This document shows positions 25,701-40,400 of a DNA stretch of 64,000 nucleotides, piece by piece. A program made the position numbers and the translations under genes. The notes under the pieces were generated by a model. That model was given only the letters and a program-made list of their open reading frames with translations, did no database searches and was not told the DNA's origin. Positions within the stretch are counted from its first letter, which is position 1; every line of letters starts with the position of its first letter. Origin of the DNA: Pavona decussata (lineage: Eukaryota); the NCBI GenBank assembly GCA_977016875.1, contig CDRNST010000175.1, positions 744,001-808,000 of the forward strand. The letters run 5' to 3'.

Positions 25701-28700
25701 AGAATAAAGCACTCGTTCGATTATTCAAAATGTCTAACTGCTGCTGTTGATCACATGACCTCGCCAACCCGACTATATGAATACATGCTACTGAGCAATT
25801 ATTGCTGGGAATAAAATCTACTTATCAGAAGCAACGTTTTCAAAAAGAATTAATAACAATAATAGTAACGGAGAAATACATTTTTGAAAAAAGAAAAGAA
25901 AAGAAAGAAATTGGTTTGTACGTTGCTGTGTTCGGGGATCATCTGCACGTACCACGCCCCTTTTGTCTTTCATGTGGCTGACCATTTTCTTCTCATTATC
26001 ACATGGCTAACACGTTACCGATGGGTGTTCTGATCATCGTCAGAGCAGATCTTGATGGATTTATCCTTACAGGTTGCAAATTGATCGATAAGAAAAACAA
26101 GAGAAAGTTCATAGCTTAGGGCATTTCCGTTGATTGCTGGCTTGTTCTTTGCTGTCTGTACGTTAAATTTCTACTTAAGTTTATGGTAGCTTTTACAATA
26201 AAACTAGCTCAGTATGAAACAATAACAGAGTTGCTGGTGATAAAGCGATTCAGTACCAGTTGTCACTGAACTTTCAGCTTCCAGTTAAATTTACTGAATC
26301 AGCCTGCGTCGATAGTTATCAAACTGCCTTGGGTGAAAACGTCAACTTATTAAAAACTGTTTCATCTTAGTGAGAAAAGGTCCGGTGAAAAAAGATATAT
26401 TTGAGGATCGAGATGCATGAATAAGGAGAAACAGGTGCACAACTAAACACGTAGAAATATCCTTTGCAGTTTATTATTTCATATTTTCTGTTAAGAAAAT
26501 CTCACTTCCTTTGATGTCGATAATTCTCAGAAAGGTTGAATATTGTTATTCACTTTTTAATGTTATTCATTTCCACGACGTGTTTTCCAAAAACCCAGAG
26601 CTCTCTTTTTATCAGCGATTCTTTGCTTTTGGAGATTTTGTTTGCATACTTTGCACAATCTACGTCTTAAAGTCTCAGTTTGCTTAAAAGATGATGAACA
26701 ACCGGACGCTTTAGTAAAGATCTTAAGATACAACGAACGTGGCCTTTAATTTACGGTTAATTCCCGTTAGGTCCTTCACTCGCCAGCAAAAAACTGGCAA
26801 ATATCGAAGTAAATCCTTTTATATACACATACATACAGCAAATAATACATTTGGCTTTGACAAGTAAATGAATACAAGTGGAACTGAGTGCAGATTCCAT
26901 TTTTTCATGTCAAATCTGACGTTCATTGTAAGCCGCACTGGGGACATTACCTAAGATAACATCGAATATGCTTTTACTTTGGTAAACTGTCACTATTTTT
27001 AAAGAGATTTTTTATCGCAAAGTAAACGGATTAAAACGTTTTGCAATTGCATTACATTTCAACATTACTAATAGACCATCTATCGATAACAGGTCGATAT
27101 ATTGTTCAGAACATAACTGGCAGCATGTTGTTCAGCAGTTAAGTTCACAAAAAAAGTTATCAAAGAGAAAGAGTGCATTAGAAATTGATCAATAAACAGC
27201 TTAAACCTATTTCCATAAAAAAATGCGGAGATAATCTGCCAAAGTTAAACCAAGTTGTTACAAGGATGTTGTATGCCGACGGGCTCAAAAACACGACTAT
27301 TGTTTTTCTCTAATGTTCTGTTGCTTAGCGCTTCCATTAAAAGCTTTACTTTCCTGGCAACTGCGTCTCGCAAGAAACGACATCAAATAAAAAGAAGCCT
27401 CATTTACAATATAAACCTTTTTATACCTATTGAAAAGGTGAAAAAGAGAAGAAGTAGATCAAAAACACTCGGTAGCTGAGTTGTAGTTAAGTTAAACCAG
27501 CGAAATTTGAACGGAAGAAAACAAGATAGATTCAATTTTAAATACGTAAACAATTACATCATTTTATGCACCTGACTGTGAATTTTAACGACGTCGTAAT
27601 ATTGTCCATAAGAATACAAAGACATCCAGCTGCGAAATACCTGAATGCAGCGCGAAAAGAAACAAAATGATGCATTAATTCCTACAAGACAAGTTGCGCC
27701 TTACATCGTTATAAAAATGAGCACCTTTAAGATTTTTCTTTATTTCCGATAAATGGCAGTCGGTGTTCTTTTGTTGCACCCATTTTCAGGTTATTACATT
27801 TCTCCAACTTTTGTGCTTTGATAATCCTCGCTGTAAAATTCTCTATTAATGGCAGGATATCACTGTAAGTGCATTCCCTATTTCTTTGTGATTACAATGT
27901 TTTTTTGGAAAGTAATTTATACGTAGATTATGCCGCTTAAGCCCCGCTTGCCGACGCAGTCATTCATTGGCTGGTCAAGGTAGTTCATTTCCGACTGCTG
28001 TAGTTCACAAAAGCACTCGCATACATACTATTCAGCGGTGAATAATGAAGTTTATCCCACAGCTGCTCTCTGATGTTTTGGATGATGTTTATCTCATAAT
28101 AAAACTGATCGGTTTCCACGCTTCCACTGCTGCACAGATAAGTCAATACAGCTCTAACATACTTCCTCTTGGCAAATGCGTTGTCCAATTCCAGGCAAGG
28201 TAGGTTATCTATGTTTCCGAGGTGTACAAGATAGCAGAAAAAAATATATGAAACTTTTAGGCAAAGCATAGAACGATAAAACTGTCAGATAAGCAGCTGT
28301 ATATAAAAAACTGAAAAAACCCTCTAAGGCGTGCAGTTATAACATTTGTGCTGACGGTTAGGTTATCATAGCCGGGGATTTTCTCGTCTGTACAAAACTC
28401 CTCGCCATTTTCCTCTCGAAGATCAGGAAACAAGTCGCCTTAAGTTGCAGGTAAGCCCATTAAAATTATTCACTTATGTCCAACATTGCAGGGAAATTCG
28501 ATTCGAGAATAGAACCATAACGTAACAATAAATTTATTAACGCGAGCAAGATATCAGACTGTTGAAAAAGCGCGGCTGTTTCACGGCATTGACTTATCCT
28601 ATTTGGCTTAGTATTGATACTTGTATTTTTTAATTTTTTGGTAAAGTGTACGCTTTTTTTTTCACTCCATACTCTCTAACGTTTAAGGGTTACTATCAAA

Positions 28701-30047
28701 CTGATAAACTCATTTTAATTTGCTTGTGAAAACTCAACAAAACTTTCCTTGGCTTCGCCTTAGCCGGTCAATTTTTTAGCAGGTGGGAGAGATTCAGATT
28801 GATAATTAAATTTCTTGTGCGTTGCAGTTTGTGCTTTCCTACGAAACAAATACAATTTACTAGTTCGCCCACATTTCTCAGTACAAGCCGGAGTGTGGAT
28901 GCGATAATTTTTGTTATTCGAAACTTCTTCAGTGAAAAGGAATTTAAAATTTTTAATTACCGCTCGTGTTAAAAATTTAATACTTTAAATTAGAAAATTG
29001 TATGGTTTTCAGTCTTTCCGCCGAGACTTGTTTGTTTTCATTAATGCACCTCTGAGGTGCGCGCAAAAACAAACAGAAACAGAGAAAGCGACTGCGCAAG
29101 TCCCGTGTTTAGGCTGCTGAAACTGCAGCTAAGTCTTTTTACCATTAATTCTAAATAGATAATTAAATAATTAAAAAAAAAACCCTGAAACTGTGTCAAC
29201 GTTAGTCGCGCAAACTGAGAACGGTTTCACAAAAAATGTTGGTTCTAAAATGAACTTATTTAAGACTAAAAATTAAAAAAATTAATGTTCAATTTGGATC
29301 TTTAATTTTTTTCATTTCTCCACAAATAATATAACATCCCTTTTGAGATGATTTTATTAATTTTTTAACTCATAGATCATAAAGATATATCGATTTTATT
29401 GAAACTTGTTTTGTCTATGACGCAGGTTTTTGGTTAAAGTAATATTCTTCTTCACGGGTGGTTGAGGCTAATTTATTTTTCAAAGGTAATTGCATTCGAC
29501 ATCCGATTTTATCCAGTGATTACAGAGCTAACGTAACAACCAATACTGATTTCATACTGAGTGATAGAACACCGTTACGATGCTCACGATCTATCAGCAT
29601 TCTCACATAGCGATGAAAGGCAAAGCTGTTGCTGAATTTGATAACTGTTTATTTGTGGTAGGTAATTTAACAACATACACACACAACTTACGAATATTGA
29701 GCTTCTCTGTGTGATGCATGCCAAAAAAATTGCAACAAATAATTAAAAGTTGTTCTTTGATTTTTATGAAGTTAATTAAAATTCATATGTATTTTTTAAC
29801 AGCTTTGACAAAACCTACTTTGCTAACGTTTTTAAACTCTGTTCGCGGTGGAATTTCATGTTCGAGCTTTCAATTCAGAACAATTTTAATCTCAAATTGT
29901 GACCCTATAATAACTGATGGGCTATTTGTCTATGCTGCGATCAAGAAAATGAATCTTTAATGGTAGTTATGCCAATACGTGTAATAAAATGCCGACCAGA
30001 TGAAAGGAACGGTTATATCATGTTCGAACGGTTTAGGAAACATTTGG

Positions 30048-30340
30048 AAGTAATATATCAAACACGAGGAAGAGCGTTTCCTCCGATTTCCAAACACCGA
30101 GAAGTAGGTTAGAAAAACGAGGCGCAGCCGAGTTTTTTTTAACCAACTTCAAGGTGTTTGGAAATAGGAGTCAAACACTCTTTCAAGTGTTTGATATAGC
30201 TTCTGAAACTATTGATAATTCTTGGAGAAATTCGAGGCAAAAGTTCACAAAATTTTATGATAATTAAGATCACATTTTCAAACCTCCTCCACGGTAGGAA
30301 TTTCCTTTGTTTTGGCTTGATGAATTATTAATGAGTTTGA
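30048..30340. mobile_element. Non-autonomous repeat with a palindromic 5' portion
   Basis: gaagtaatatatcaaacac...tttccaaacac pairs with gtgtttggaaa...gtgtttgatatagcttc (about 30048-30203); 3' boundary approximate. Confidence 0.55.
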
Positions 30341-30634
30341 GGACTTCAAATGAAACGCGAAAACACTCAAAACTTGCGTGTGGTTTTCCCGAGCCACCGC
30401 ATTCTGGAGCCCAGTGCTCTTCCCTTTTGTCTCTGGGGCCACTATAGTTCCCTTTGTCTGATTTGTAATAGTTTAGACCACTCACAGAGGCGAAGTCTTT
30501 TACTGTGCAAGATTATGAAATTTATTTTGGCTGACAAAAGTTTGATTGTGAGACTGCCAGGCGTGGTAGGTTGCACCGATGAAATGCGAGAAAACTATGC
30601 ACTTATAGATAGATCAATACTGCCACTCTTAATC

Positions 30635-31045
30635 ACGTGATACAACAAAAATGAAACTAAAATAATGCATTAATATTGGTGACCAAGTGGTGGTCGATTT
30701 CTCGACAAAATGGGTAACCATAGGAACAGTAAACCTCTTAAAAACACCCCAAAGTTTACCTTTAAGTGGTTATAACTCAAAAACGAGCTCAGAGTGTGGC
30801 TCTCAACCCCTCTAATAGATATTTTGCAAACATTCCAAAAAATTGAATCTAAACATGCTGATTACAGTTTTATAATAAAAAATGAGGGACACCGAGCTCA
30901 TTTTTGAGTTATAGCCCCTTAAATGTAAAATAAAGGGGTGTTTCAATAGATTATACTGTTGCTATGGTAACCTATTATGTCGACAAATATGACCATCACG
31001 TTTTCACAAATGTTTAAACATGTTTTTGATACCACTAATTCAAAG
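30635..31045. mobile_element. Long imperfect inverted repeat (foldback/MITE remnant)
   Basis: ggtaaccataggaacagta...aacacccc...tataactcaaaaacgagctc pairs with gagctcatttttgagttata...ggggtgtt...tactgttgctatggtaacc. Confidence 0.7.
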
Positions 31046-32364
31046 TACAATTGTTGCAAAGTGATGGAGACAGTAGAAACCAGTGCCAGCTACTTCCACG
31101 GTCCGACCTACACATGACAACACAAGCGTCACTATAAATAATTCCTTCCAATAATTGTGTTATCACAAGCAGTAGTTTGTAAAAGATTCCATAATTTGTT
31201 CAAATATATAAACAAAATTTGCTTATCTGAAGAGATGTTAGAAAAAAAAATCCAAGAAAACAAAAAATACTCTGCACAAGTGCGGTGTGGAATTTTTGAT
31301 CAACGAAAGATGTTGAGGACTCTTATTTGACTTAACTGAAATCTGCATTAATAATTAAGCCTACATTAATAATACAGCCTTTGGACATGAGCAAGTCTGC
31401 TCTCTCATTGGTTCCCTTCTAACATGCCATCAGCTATTTAATTATCACATTACCCGCGGATTGATTGGAATGTTCGCGCACTCTCCTGGGTCAAACAGTG
31501 ATACCACATGGTACAGACGACAACTTTCAAACGATTTCTCCGTCTTTATAGAGTGTATCAGCGAAAATGATCGAATCAAGTCGCATTTTAAGTTCCGACT
31601 TTTTAGTTCCATTACAGTGTTAGTGAAATCGGTTGAAAGAATCAACGTACCGTTACTTTGTCACCTACAATCATGCCATGATCTAAGGTACAAAATATAG
31701 ACCAGATAGACGGCAGACTGATCCTAACGGTGGAGGTGGCGAACTTGATCGAAATAACAAAAAAAAGCTAGAATAACTGAAATACATTTTAAATTTCACC
31801 CGATATTTCGGTTTGTAATACAAACATTCCTGGGGGGCTAACGGCGTGTGGTACAAATTAAGTTGCGATTTGGTCCTCAGCTGCCAAATTTGTCCTAATA
31901 CAGGGTTTTTGAAAAACAACAGATCATTTGTCATAAACAGTTTGGCATTTGGGGACACTCAAAGATAAAAAGAGGACTCGCCTACAGCTGGCCGGAAATT
32001 TTCACACTTTCAGCCCAGTTTTTTTTTCAAATACCAGCTTGATATTTTGCATGACAGCAATGAACATTTTTTTCATTTCGATGATCTTTATTAAACGCAA
32101 AGGGTCTTTTAAAGTTGTGTTTAATGAAACTCAAACCACTTATCGGCGAAGTTGTATGCCCCCGTTTCAATTTTGAGAGACTAATAAATACTGCCAGCAA
32201 ATGGGGATATCGTAAAGGGAGTGACATGTTTGGTCTTTATTATGTTATTAAGTTATTTTTTTAAATAATTGCAACTGAAAAGATACCTAATTAAGAAGCG
32301 CGTTTCTCAAAAGTCCCGAACGCATTTCGGACCCGAAAAACTATTTGATGGGCACGATCAGCAG

Positions 32365-32760
32365 TGCGTTTTCATGTGATCTGTACCATGCAGATTATGT
32401 CAAGTACACAGCCCGATACCTTCACCAACGTATTGCACAAAAATTTGACAATCAGTAGACATTTCATAGAAGCTCACAGTTACAACAATCTTTTGAAAGA
32501 AAGCCAATTTAGAATTTTGAGAAAGCGCCAGAGTAAATTTGATTGTTTAGTTTTTAAAATGCTTTTCATCAAGACTCTCGAGCCTAATTTAAATATCCAG
32601 ACTCCATGCATACGTGCCAAACTTTTTGCATAACTTGTGCCGACTTTTTCTTATGTTACAGCTTTTTGATGACCGATAATTGTTCTTTCTAGTATTTATA
32701 GGTTTTAAAATATACACTGTTTTTGACTTCATAATGACGTTGAGCTGGCGCCGTCGTTTT
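32365..32760 (+). mobile_element. Penelope-like retroelement 3' fragment (GIY-YIG endonuclease, decayed)
   Basis: FSCDLYHADYVKYTARYLHQRI, then a frameshift to RHFIEAH...FRILRK...SKFDCLVFKMLFIKTLEPNLNIQ..IRAKLF*, the typical PLE endonuclease C-terminus. Confidence 0.8.
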
Positions 32761-35700
32761 TTAGCCATTTTTAGTCTTAAAATATTTTTTTTTTTGCAAT
32801 TTTTTATAGTCGAATGTATTTCTAAGGCACTTCTTCTCCGTACAATGTTCATTGTAAGAAATTCGATCTTAACAATTTTGAAAGCTAAACCTTTGCAAGA
32901 TGGACAAACACACGGGCATAGTTCGCACGAAAACTACTACCGATCAATTTCTCGGACCCGAGAGAGTTTTGAGAAAAGGACCCCTGAACCGGGATGAAAG
33001 CCGGTTTTAAAAGTCAGATGTTTCGGAACTGAGTTGATGAACTTTCCTTTGCTTGTGCTAATTATGGTAGGCGTGTTACTCAAGTTACTCGATTCCGTGA
33101 TTGTTTTCTTTGCACTACGTGACAAAGCGCTGGGTCGCGATAGCACGCGAAACCATCGTATTTCAAAGTGAAAATGCACGAAAAAACGGCAAACGTACGG
33201 TATCCTATATAAATGGAGATATTAATGATCGAAACGGCCTAAAATTAGCTAGCTTGAAGTACCGAGTTCACAAGTGTTAAGTATGTGGAGGAAATGATCA
33301 CGAATGAAAAACTAAAATAATAAGGTCTAACATGATAATTGAACTTAGGGGCTGCATGCTGAAACCCGCAGTACAGCTAAGTGTGCAGGAGTTAGAGAAA
33401 TCTTCAATCTGGTGACTTGGCTTGCACGGTCAAGTACACACGTTAAGTATCTTTAAGTGTTCCACTTAATGAAAGTTTCAACTGGGTTGGCCACAAGTTT
33501 TACGCGTTAAAAGAAGCTTTCGTTGAGGATCGATGGAATGTGTCGGAGAAAAAAAGTTATAACGAAATCAAAAAGGCTCCAACTCGAAGGAGGATAGGAA
33601 AATTCTGAACCTAATTACTCCAGTTGCTCCAGGGATGCGTGTTTCAACCGTTTAATTTAGTATACAAGCATTACATACTTTTAGTGATTATAAAACAACA
33701 ATTTGTTCAGTAAAAGTAGGGTCAAATGGTTATCAACGCGGCATTCCATTTTAGATTGAATTAAATTACCCTTCTTATCTTTGGAAGCATGCGTTTTTCG
33801 TTCGCTGTTACTGGGGAAAACCAAACAGGCTGAGAAGTTTCTCTAAAACTCACTACTTGCAAACTCAGGTAGGGTTATTAATTATTTACTTGTCCAGCCA
33901 TGTATTGTTTATAGAACGTTTACGAAAGTCGGGCTAGGTCATTGTTTATTGGCGACCCAGTTTAAAAAAACAAACAACATGCAGTCTCCTGATGGACTGC
34001 TCCACGTTTCTCCTTGTTGTTGCCATCAGCTGCCAGGTATTTGCTCTGTGGGAGCTTTTACCTGACTTTAGAAGTTACGAGTGCCTTCAAGGACCGCTAA
34101 AGTGCAGAACGTTCTTGAATTTTGCAGCACGTTTGTCGACTGTATGAAATTGCAACGGCTTCCGCTCTTCGACCGCTCACGATTGACCAAATATTACTGG
34201 ATACATTTAAGTAGTGTACCTCCGGGTCGTCAAATCCGCTAGCTAGGAAGGCAAAAGCAAAAAATAAAGTATTCTTCACGAAACAAATAAAAGTTATGGC
34301 ATTGTATTTCTTCGTCGCAAACGAAAATATGTCCATTATCACTTGAGCGGTTTATGTATTCATTTTTTGCCCGACGGTTCTGGATTTCAAGACAAAAATA
34401 CAATTTTCTCTGATGAAGCTTATTTGATGGTTCTTTAAGCGAACTTGCATAGCCGTCATTAGCGGACATGTCACATGTGAGTTCTACTTAACCTGAATGT
34501 TTATCCAAAACCTTTATTTGTCGCGACTGAACAGACGGTGTAGAATGTCATGTTTCTCTCCAGCCAAGCCGTGCCTTGGCTGTGTGTGCCCTCAACTCAT
34601 TTGAAGTCCCGGAGCTAATCTAATGGGCCACCAGTAATGTTTTCTACCTCCTGACTTCGGCCGTGGACGAAATCCTTAATTAAAATTAAAGCTTTTAATA
34701 AATACTTTATCTTCCAGGAGCGTTGTTTGTATTACAATATGTGGAAAAATGAGTCGTAATTTTTAGCGACAGTCTACCATAGAGCTTGGCGCCATTGGGA
34801 GTGAGTAGTTTAAGATTGTAAATGCGCTAATTGCATGACATGTCATGCTAGCAGTATACTGGTGGGTTGGATGTAAAATTTACCAAGTGTTTAACGAACA
34901 GCTGTTTGCCATCCGAGAAGACTTGGCCAGATCAGCCCACATCACGTACTGCCGGTATATGGAGTGACCTTTCCTTAGCGAGCATGCTTAAAATAACCCA
35001 AACATACACCAAACAACACCAACAAATAGATCTGGTATAGTGCAGAATAGTGCAGAACACAGAACAAATCAATTCCTATCTGGCCATGTCTATTCATTTC
35101 TTGCTACATTGATTATTTTCGAATTGATAGCCGTACATTTTGGCAATGAATTCAAACGCGTTTTTGGGCGTGGTCACGTGACCGATGACGTCACCACACT
35201 AAAGTTGATATGAGTGATATTTGTGGCAAGTGTTATTTCCATGTGGTGTGGCATTTTTCAGTTGCAAGGGATTCTGGGAAGGTTCTAAAAAATGCTTTAC
35301 AAAGATATTCACGCCAAACGTCATCTATTAGTTCATACATCTTGCTTTTTAGTTGAATAATTATCACAACGGCAACCAAAAAATAAATCAGTTTTCACCA
35401 GATCTTTAAGGCGTGACTGCGATAAGCTTCGAACTGCATGATGCCGTTCGAGGATAAAAATTATAACTGCCAACAACCCATTATAAAAATGACAAGTTGA
35501 GAGAGGTTTCCATTACAATCAGAAGATTTAATGATCTTAATTTAGATAGGCGGGCTAAAGTGTATTTATAAAACACAGGGCCGGGTCGCATTACCGGCCA
35601 ATTTTTATTTTGGCTGTCTCAAAAGCAAATTGCATCAACCGGAAATGAAAATTAACTTAGGGTCGCATTTCAACCAGGTCAAAATGCAAACGTCAATCAC

Positions 35701-36747
35701 ACAGGCAATCAGCCAGCAAATTAAAACTCCCGCCAAACTAACCATGCGGCCGGACAGAGCATTTTGCATCGCGATTGTAGTCAAAGTTTGCAATGCGACC
35801 CTACTTTTCGCTTTTTATTTGGTGGTGATAAACCAAACTGATGAATCCTTGCAAAAATGGATTCATTTATTTTTCTGTTAACGTTGTTTGTTTGTTTTCA
35901 CAATTTCTTGGAAACTCGGCAATGTCCTTTGCAGTTTTGTTTTTGTGTTTATATCGGATTTTCCTGAAAACTGCATTCAAACTTGAACAGTGTTTAATAT
36001 GTCTAGTTTGTCGCGAACTGATCGTTGCAATTATCTAAAACGATTGTAATGGTAAACAAAAAGATCAACAGATAAAGAACTTTGGGTCGTGCGCTATGAC
36101 GAATATGCGAATAGAGGCTTCACACTGCTGGCTGACTGGCAAAGGATACTTGAACTATGGCACTAGCAAACAAGAAATCACTCTTAATTCAAGTGAAATT
36201 TCCATGACTGGTACAGTTAAATTACTCGGAGCCATTATTTTTTGATCGATTTAACAATTATCTGACCTCAGCATGCATGGCGGGAAAGCAACAATGGCGG
36301 AATATAGTGGATAACGAACCAATTAGAATTTAGCGTAACTTAAAGAGGTTTTGCAAAGGAAAGATGAGGTTCAATGAATTTGTTTGTTTCACGAGTTTGA
36401 TGTGTAAGGTCAGCTGACAAGGATTTACAAATATACGCAAGGTGCAAGATAAGAGAGAAATAGCAATTACTGATATGCGAAAGTGCCTCAACCATTATCA
36501 CCAGGAGGGTAAAAAAAAAATAGTGCGACTACATACGAATATGCACATACGGACAAATAAAATAAGCACACGGATCATAACAGGATTCCTAACTGTCCGC
36601 CTTACTTTCTCACTGTTTGTTGGTATGAGAAGACAATCCTCCCACAAGTACAACAAGCAAAGGAAACTAGCGAATAATCTGAGTGAGTGACATACAACTG
36701 CTAACGTCAGGGATGCCTAAAATATTTTGAACAAACCGACTATCCAC

Positions 36748-36814
36748 CGATCTCGCCCCCAGGGTCCTCTCTCTTTTCGGGTGAGGTAAAGAGAGGGTCC
36801 TGGGATCGAGGACG
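36748..36814. mobile_element. Very short MITE/hairpin
   Basis: ctcgcccccagggtcctctct / agagagggtcctgggatcgag imperfect inverted pair. Confidence 0.55.
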
Positions 36815-37369
36815 TTTGGGAATCAGTTGAATCAGTTACGTTTGGTTCATTATTTTGCCACTGGACCTCAGGACTGCAACAAATTATCTCAAGGAATTAA
36901 AATTAAACAAGCAAGAAAGAAATTGTGATTAAAATTATTGATATGCTCAAGCTGCCCATAATTATACACCGTAATTTGCTAAATCTGCCACACACTTAGC
37001 ATAACTGACAAAAGTAAATTATTGCACTACACACATACAAGAGCACTGGACATCTTAACAGTTTGGTTTAATATTAGCGGAACTTATCCAGAGTTTTAGA
37101 GACAAAACAGTTCAGTGTTTAATAAACTTACTCGGGCGTCAGGCTATTCACATTAGTTTGCTGACTTGAGACAAACTTCAACTCCAATTAGTGGGTCAGT
37201 GGGAGCACTTACGAAACAGAGTATTGTTTATTCCTTTTCATCTCACCGACAGAAACTATCGCACCTACAAAAAGATGATTTTGATAAATACAAAGATACG
37301 ATCAAACAAATGTCGTCTTAATAGAAAAGATGCAAACGGGAAGAAACGACTTTCCGCTTACTGACTGAT

Positions 37370-37478
37370 AATGGTAGAGCATCCGGACCAGTAAACGGAC
37401 GGTCATAGCTTCAACTCCTTTTGGGAGAACTTGGATTGTTTCCAAATATGCTTGTGTTCCTGACTGACAAAATACATC
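37370..37478 (+). repeat. Degenerate copy of the tRNA-containing repeat
   Basis: tggtagagcatccggaccagtaaacggacggtcatagcttcaactccttttgggagaacttggatt aligns with 59939-60004. Confidence 0.65.
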
Positions 37479-40400
37479 CTTTTCAAATTCGAAGCTCTTT
37501 CTAACTTTAAAAAATAAACAAAAGATAGAAAGGGAAAACTGCTTAAGGAAATAAAAAGTGTTTGCCATTTGTTGATATATACAACTTTTGTTCGGCCTAT
37601 AGAATACACTTCCGTGTGTTCGCATGCGTTCCGTCTCAAAACCTTAATCACTGTTCATTGTATATAGGGAGTAATTTGTTCCATATTTGCAACCAATTTG
37701 ATTTAGCCTCAGAGATGACCAACACATCAGTGTAACGCAAACATCGTTTAGCCAAACAGCCTTTTCAGCCAGAAATTACAACTTGCCAGTAACTATTATT
37801 GCTATTTCCATTTGGGCACAGGCGGATTTATTTTCAAAAACAAATCAAACTGGACGACGACTATTTATCAGTAAATCTCTGCAAATCTCATCTTAATACT
37901 CCCAGTTGCTTTTACGACACAGAAAGTGTGAAATTCGAAACTTTATTATACTTAATTTATATTGTGAATCCACCGCAGGAATAGAGCTATTCTATGTTAG
38001 CAGATTTCAAATGTTTGGTCATTTGAATTAAATTCTGCCGTAAATTGATTGAACAACAATCAAATAGGCGGTGCCCCTGCGGGAGACATTCCAGTCTAAA
38101 TGCAATTGTATATCTAACGCGGGTTTCGAAGCCCAAATATTATTTCAAGCGCATTGGGCGGATTACAAGATAACCGAGAAAAACAGCTCTCGAAACCAAC
38201 ATTGACCAGAAAGTAGTACAGGCTAGGGGAAGGCACAACTCGAAAACTTAAATTTAAACTGGTAGGTTTTGGATTCAGCTCTGTTTTGTTTAATTTTAGT
38301 TTATACTTGCATGTAAGAAATATGTTGTATACAAATTTTGTATAGATTTTCTCATTTAAAAGGAATATCTCCTTAAATTTGAAACGTGAAAAAACTGTTA
38401 TAGGCATAATACCACGGTGATTAAAGATGAGAGGTTACAATTTCAATGTCAAGAACAAACTTGAATAATACCACATATATGTCGAGATATCTAAAAGATA
38501 AGAGATATCTAAATACGACAAAAATAATGAAATAATCCGGTGTCCAGTGACTAGTCGATTCATTTGAGCTTGTTGGTGGTCATTTTGCATCGCTTGCATC
38601 CTTACATGTTGATCGGAAATAGAGTTAAAAGTTGAAATCTCTAGACGCTTTTCATCAAATAAATAATTAAAATGTAAATTTAACTTAGAAAAATACTTTC
38701 CTGTTTATGCAGTTTGAACGGCTGACTGAAAGCGACAGTGGAAAGCAGAGTCGAGGTGAAAGCAACTCAAAAGCGATGTGAGTACGAGAGATCATTATTA
38801 CTATTATTTTGCGTATTTTATTTGAACTAAACTTAACTGTTCCTAAAACTATTAACACTTACTTGTAAAGAATATCAACTATATTTTCTGGTTTCTGAAA
38901 TTGTGTGACACTTTTTAATCAATTTACTCGTATTTGCTAACGCAACGTGCAGGTTTTAGATCGACATTAACAATCACGCTTCTTAAATTATTCGTCCGTT
39001 CACTAGCCTTTTCCCCTCTTACAAGATGAAACTATAGATCGACGTTTTTAGGTTAATCTCCCTTCCTAAATGCTAAACATCCGCTAGCTTTAATCGACTT
39101 GATGTGTCAGGCATTTCTAATTTTCAAAATCTACGTTCGGCCACCACGGAATCTCAAACTACATTGTTGACTTCCATTTAAAACGAGCACCGGTTTCCAA
39201 ACCTTGCAATTATTCGATATGATTGCCTTCGTGTTTTTTTAGTGACACAGCATGCAGCCTGAGGCGTGCTTTTTTATTTCTTTATCTTTAAAGCACCAGC
39301 TGAAAGCAATGTTTAGATCTCACCCGCAAAACAAGATTCTAGTCTCATTGTGAGTTAACCTTCTCTGTTATTGGCTGCTTAAACCCAGTTTTTATTTTTT
39401 TAATTCCTTTTTCAGAAAAAAACGAAACCACCAAACGTTTGTGCTTGAGGACAACATCCCTAAAATCAACGCAAAATTTCCTTCGAATTTCCGTTATCAA
39501 TAAGGGAACCATATAATATTTCGTTCTCTATGTAGCTTTCTCCTTTGCGAGAAAAGATAGGCAACAATGACAGCAGGACAATAAAAATCTAAGGTCAGCT
39601 GAAACTCTTGCGTGTTGCGGGGAAACATATCAATTGTAAAATGAATTCGTCGCTCGGGGCACCGGTTCGCTCATATCATTGAAGCAGGCATTTGACAGAA
39701 GAATATTACATTGTCTAGACCAGAAAATATTAAATTCGAGTGGGATATTACCAATTTTAAACGAATCGACACTGCGTCATCCGAGGAAGTTCACGTACCA
39801 AGCCAATAATGAACCATAAATGTTGACCAAGTCCACACATAGCCGTTAAATGACGCCCAAGAAACACTGAGAGCGTAATAAACCCTATCTGTGACCATCA
39901 ATAGTGCTATTCAAGTTGAATGGGTGGATAAGGCTGACAGCGGCTGCAAGACGCGACACGAAGGAATGAAGATCTCAATCTCGTAAGTTCAATCAGGTAA
40001 ATTGCGATGAACCGAAATGTGGTATCGACGCTATAAAACCACATTCAGCGACGATACTGAACTTTATAACAAGGCATTCGAGGAGTCCGTTTTTGATTTG
40101 GAGGCGTTCATTAAACCTTTTGTAATTGCTATTGAACAATGCACAACTGTGTGGCACCAAGTCATAATGTCTTCATGCGTTCAGAGAATATTCATTTCCG
40201 GGTCTTTTCCAGACAAAACATGTCTTTATCAGGCAAATCATTTGTTTACGTTAGCGTCATTAAACCACGCCCATGTTACCGGTGCCTCAATTAAAAAACA
40301 AGTCATATTTGGCAATTTTTTTTAATGACGACAAAAATGGCCAAACCTTAAAAGTGCAAAGTATGATGGCCATGAAAATATTTTGTTTAACACTGAGACC

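Noticed and set aside
27985-28269. 94-aa ORF with faint resemblance to a Crypton/DUF3504 segment (IDNLPCLELDNAFAK)
   Set aside because: The similarity is too short and unsupported; it needs a profile search.
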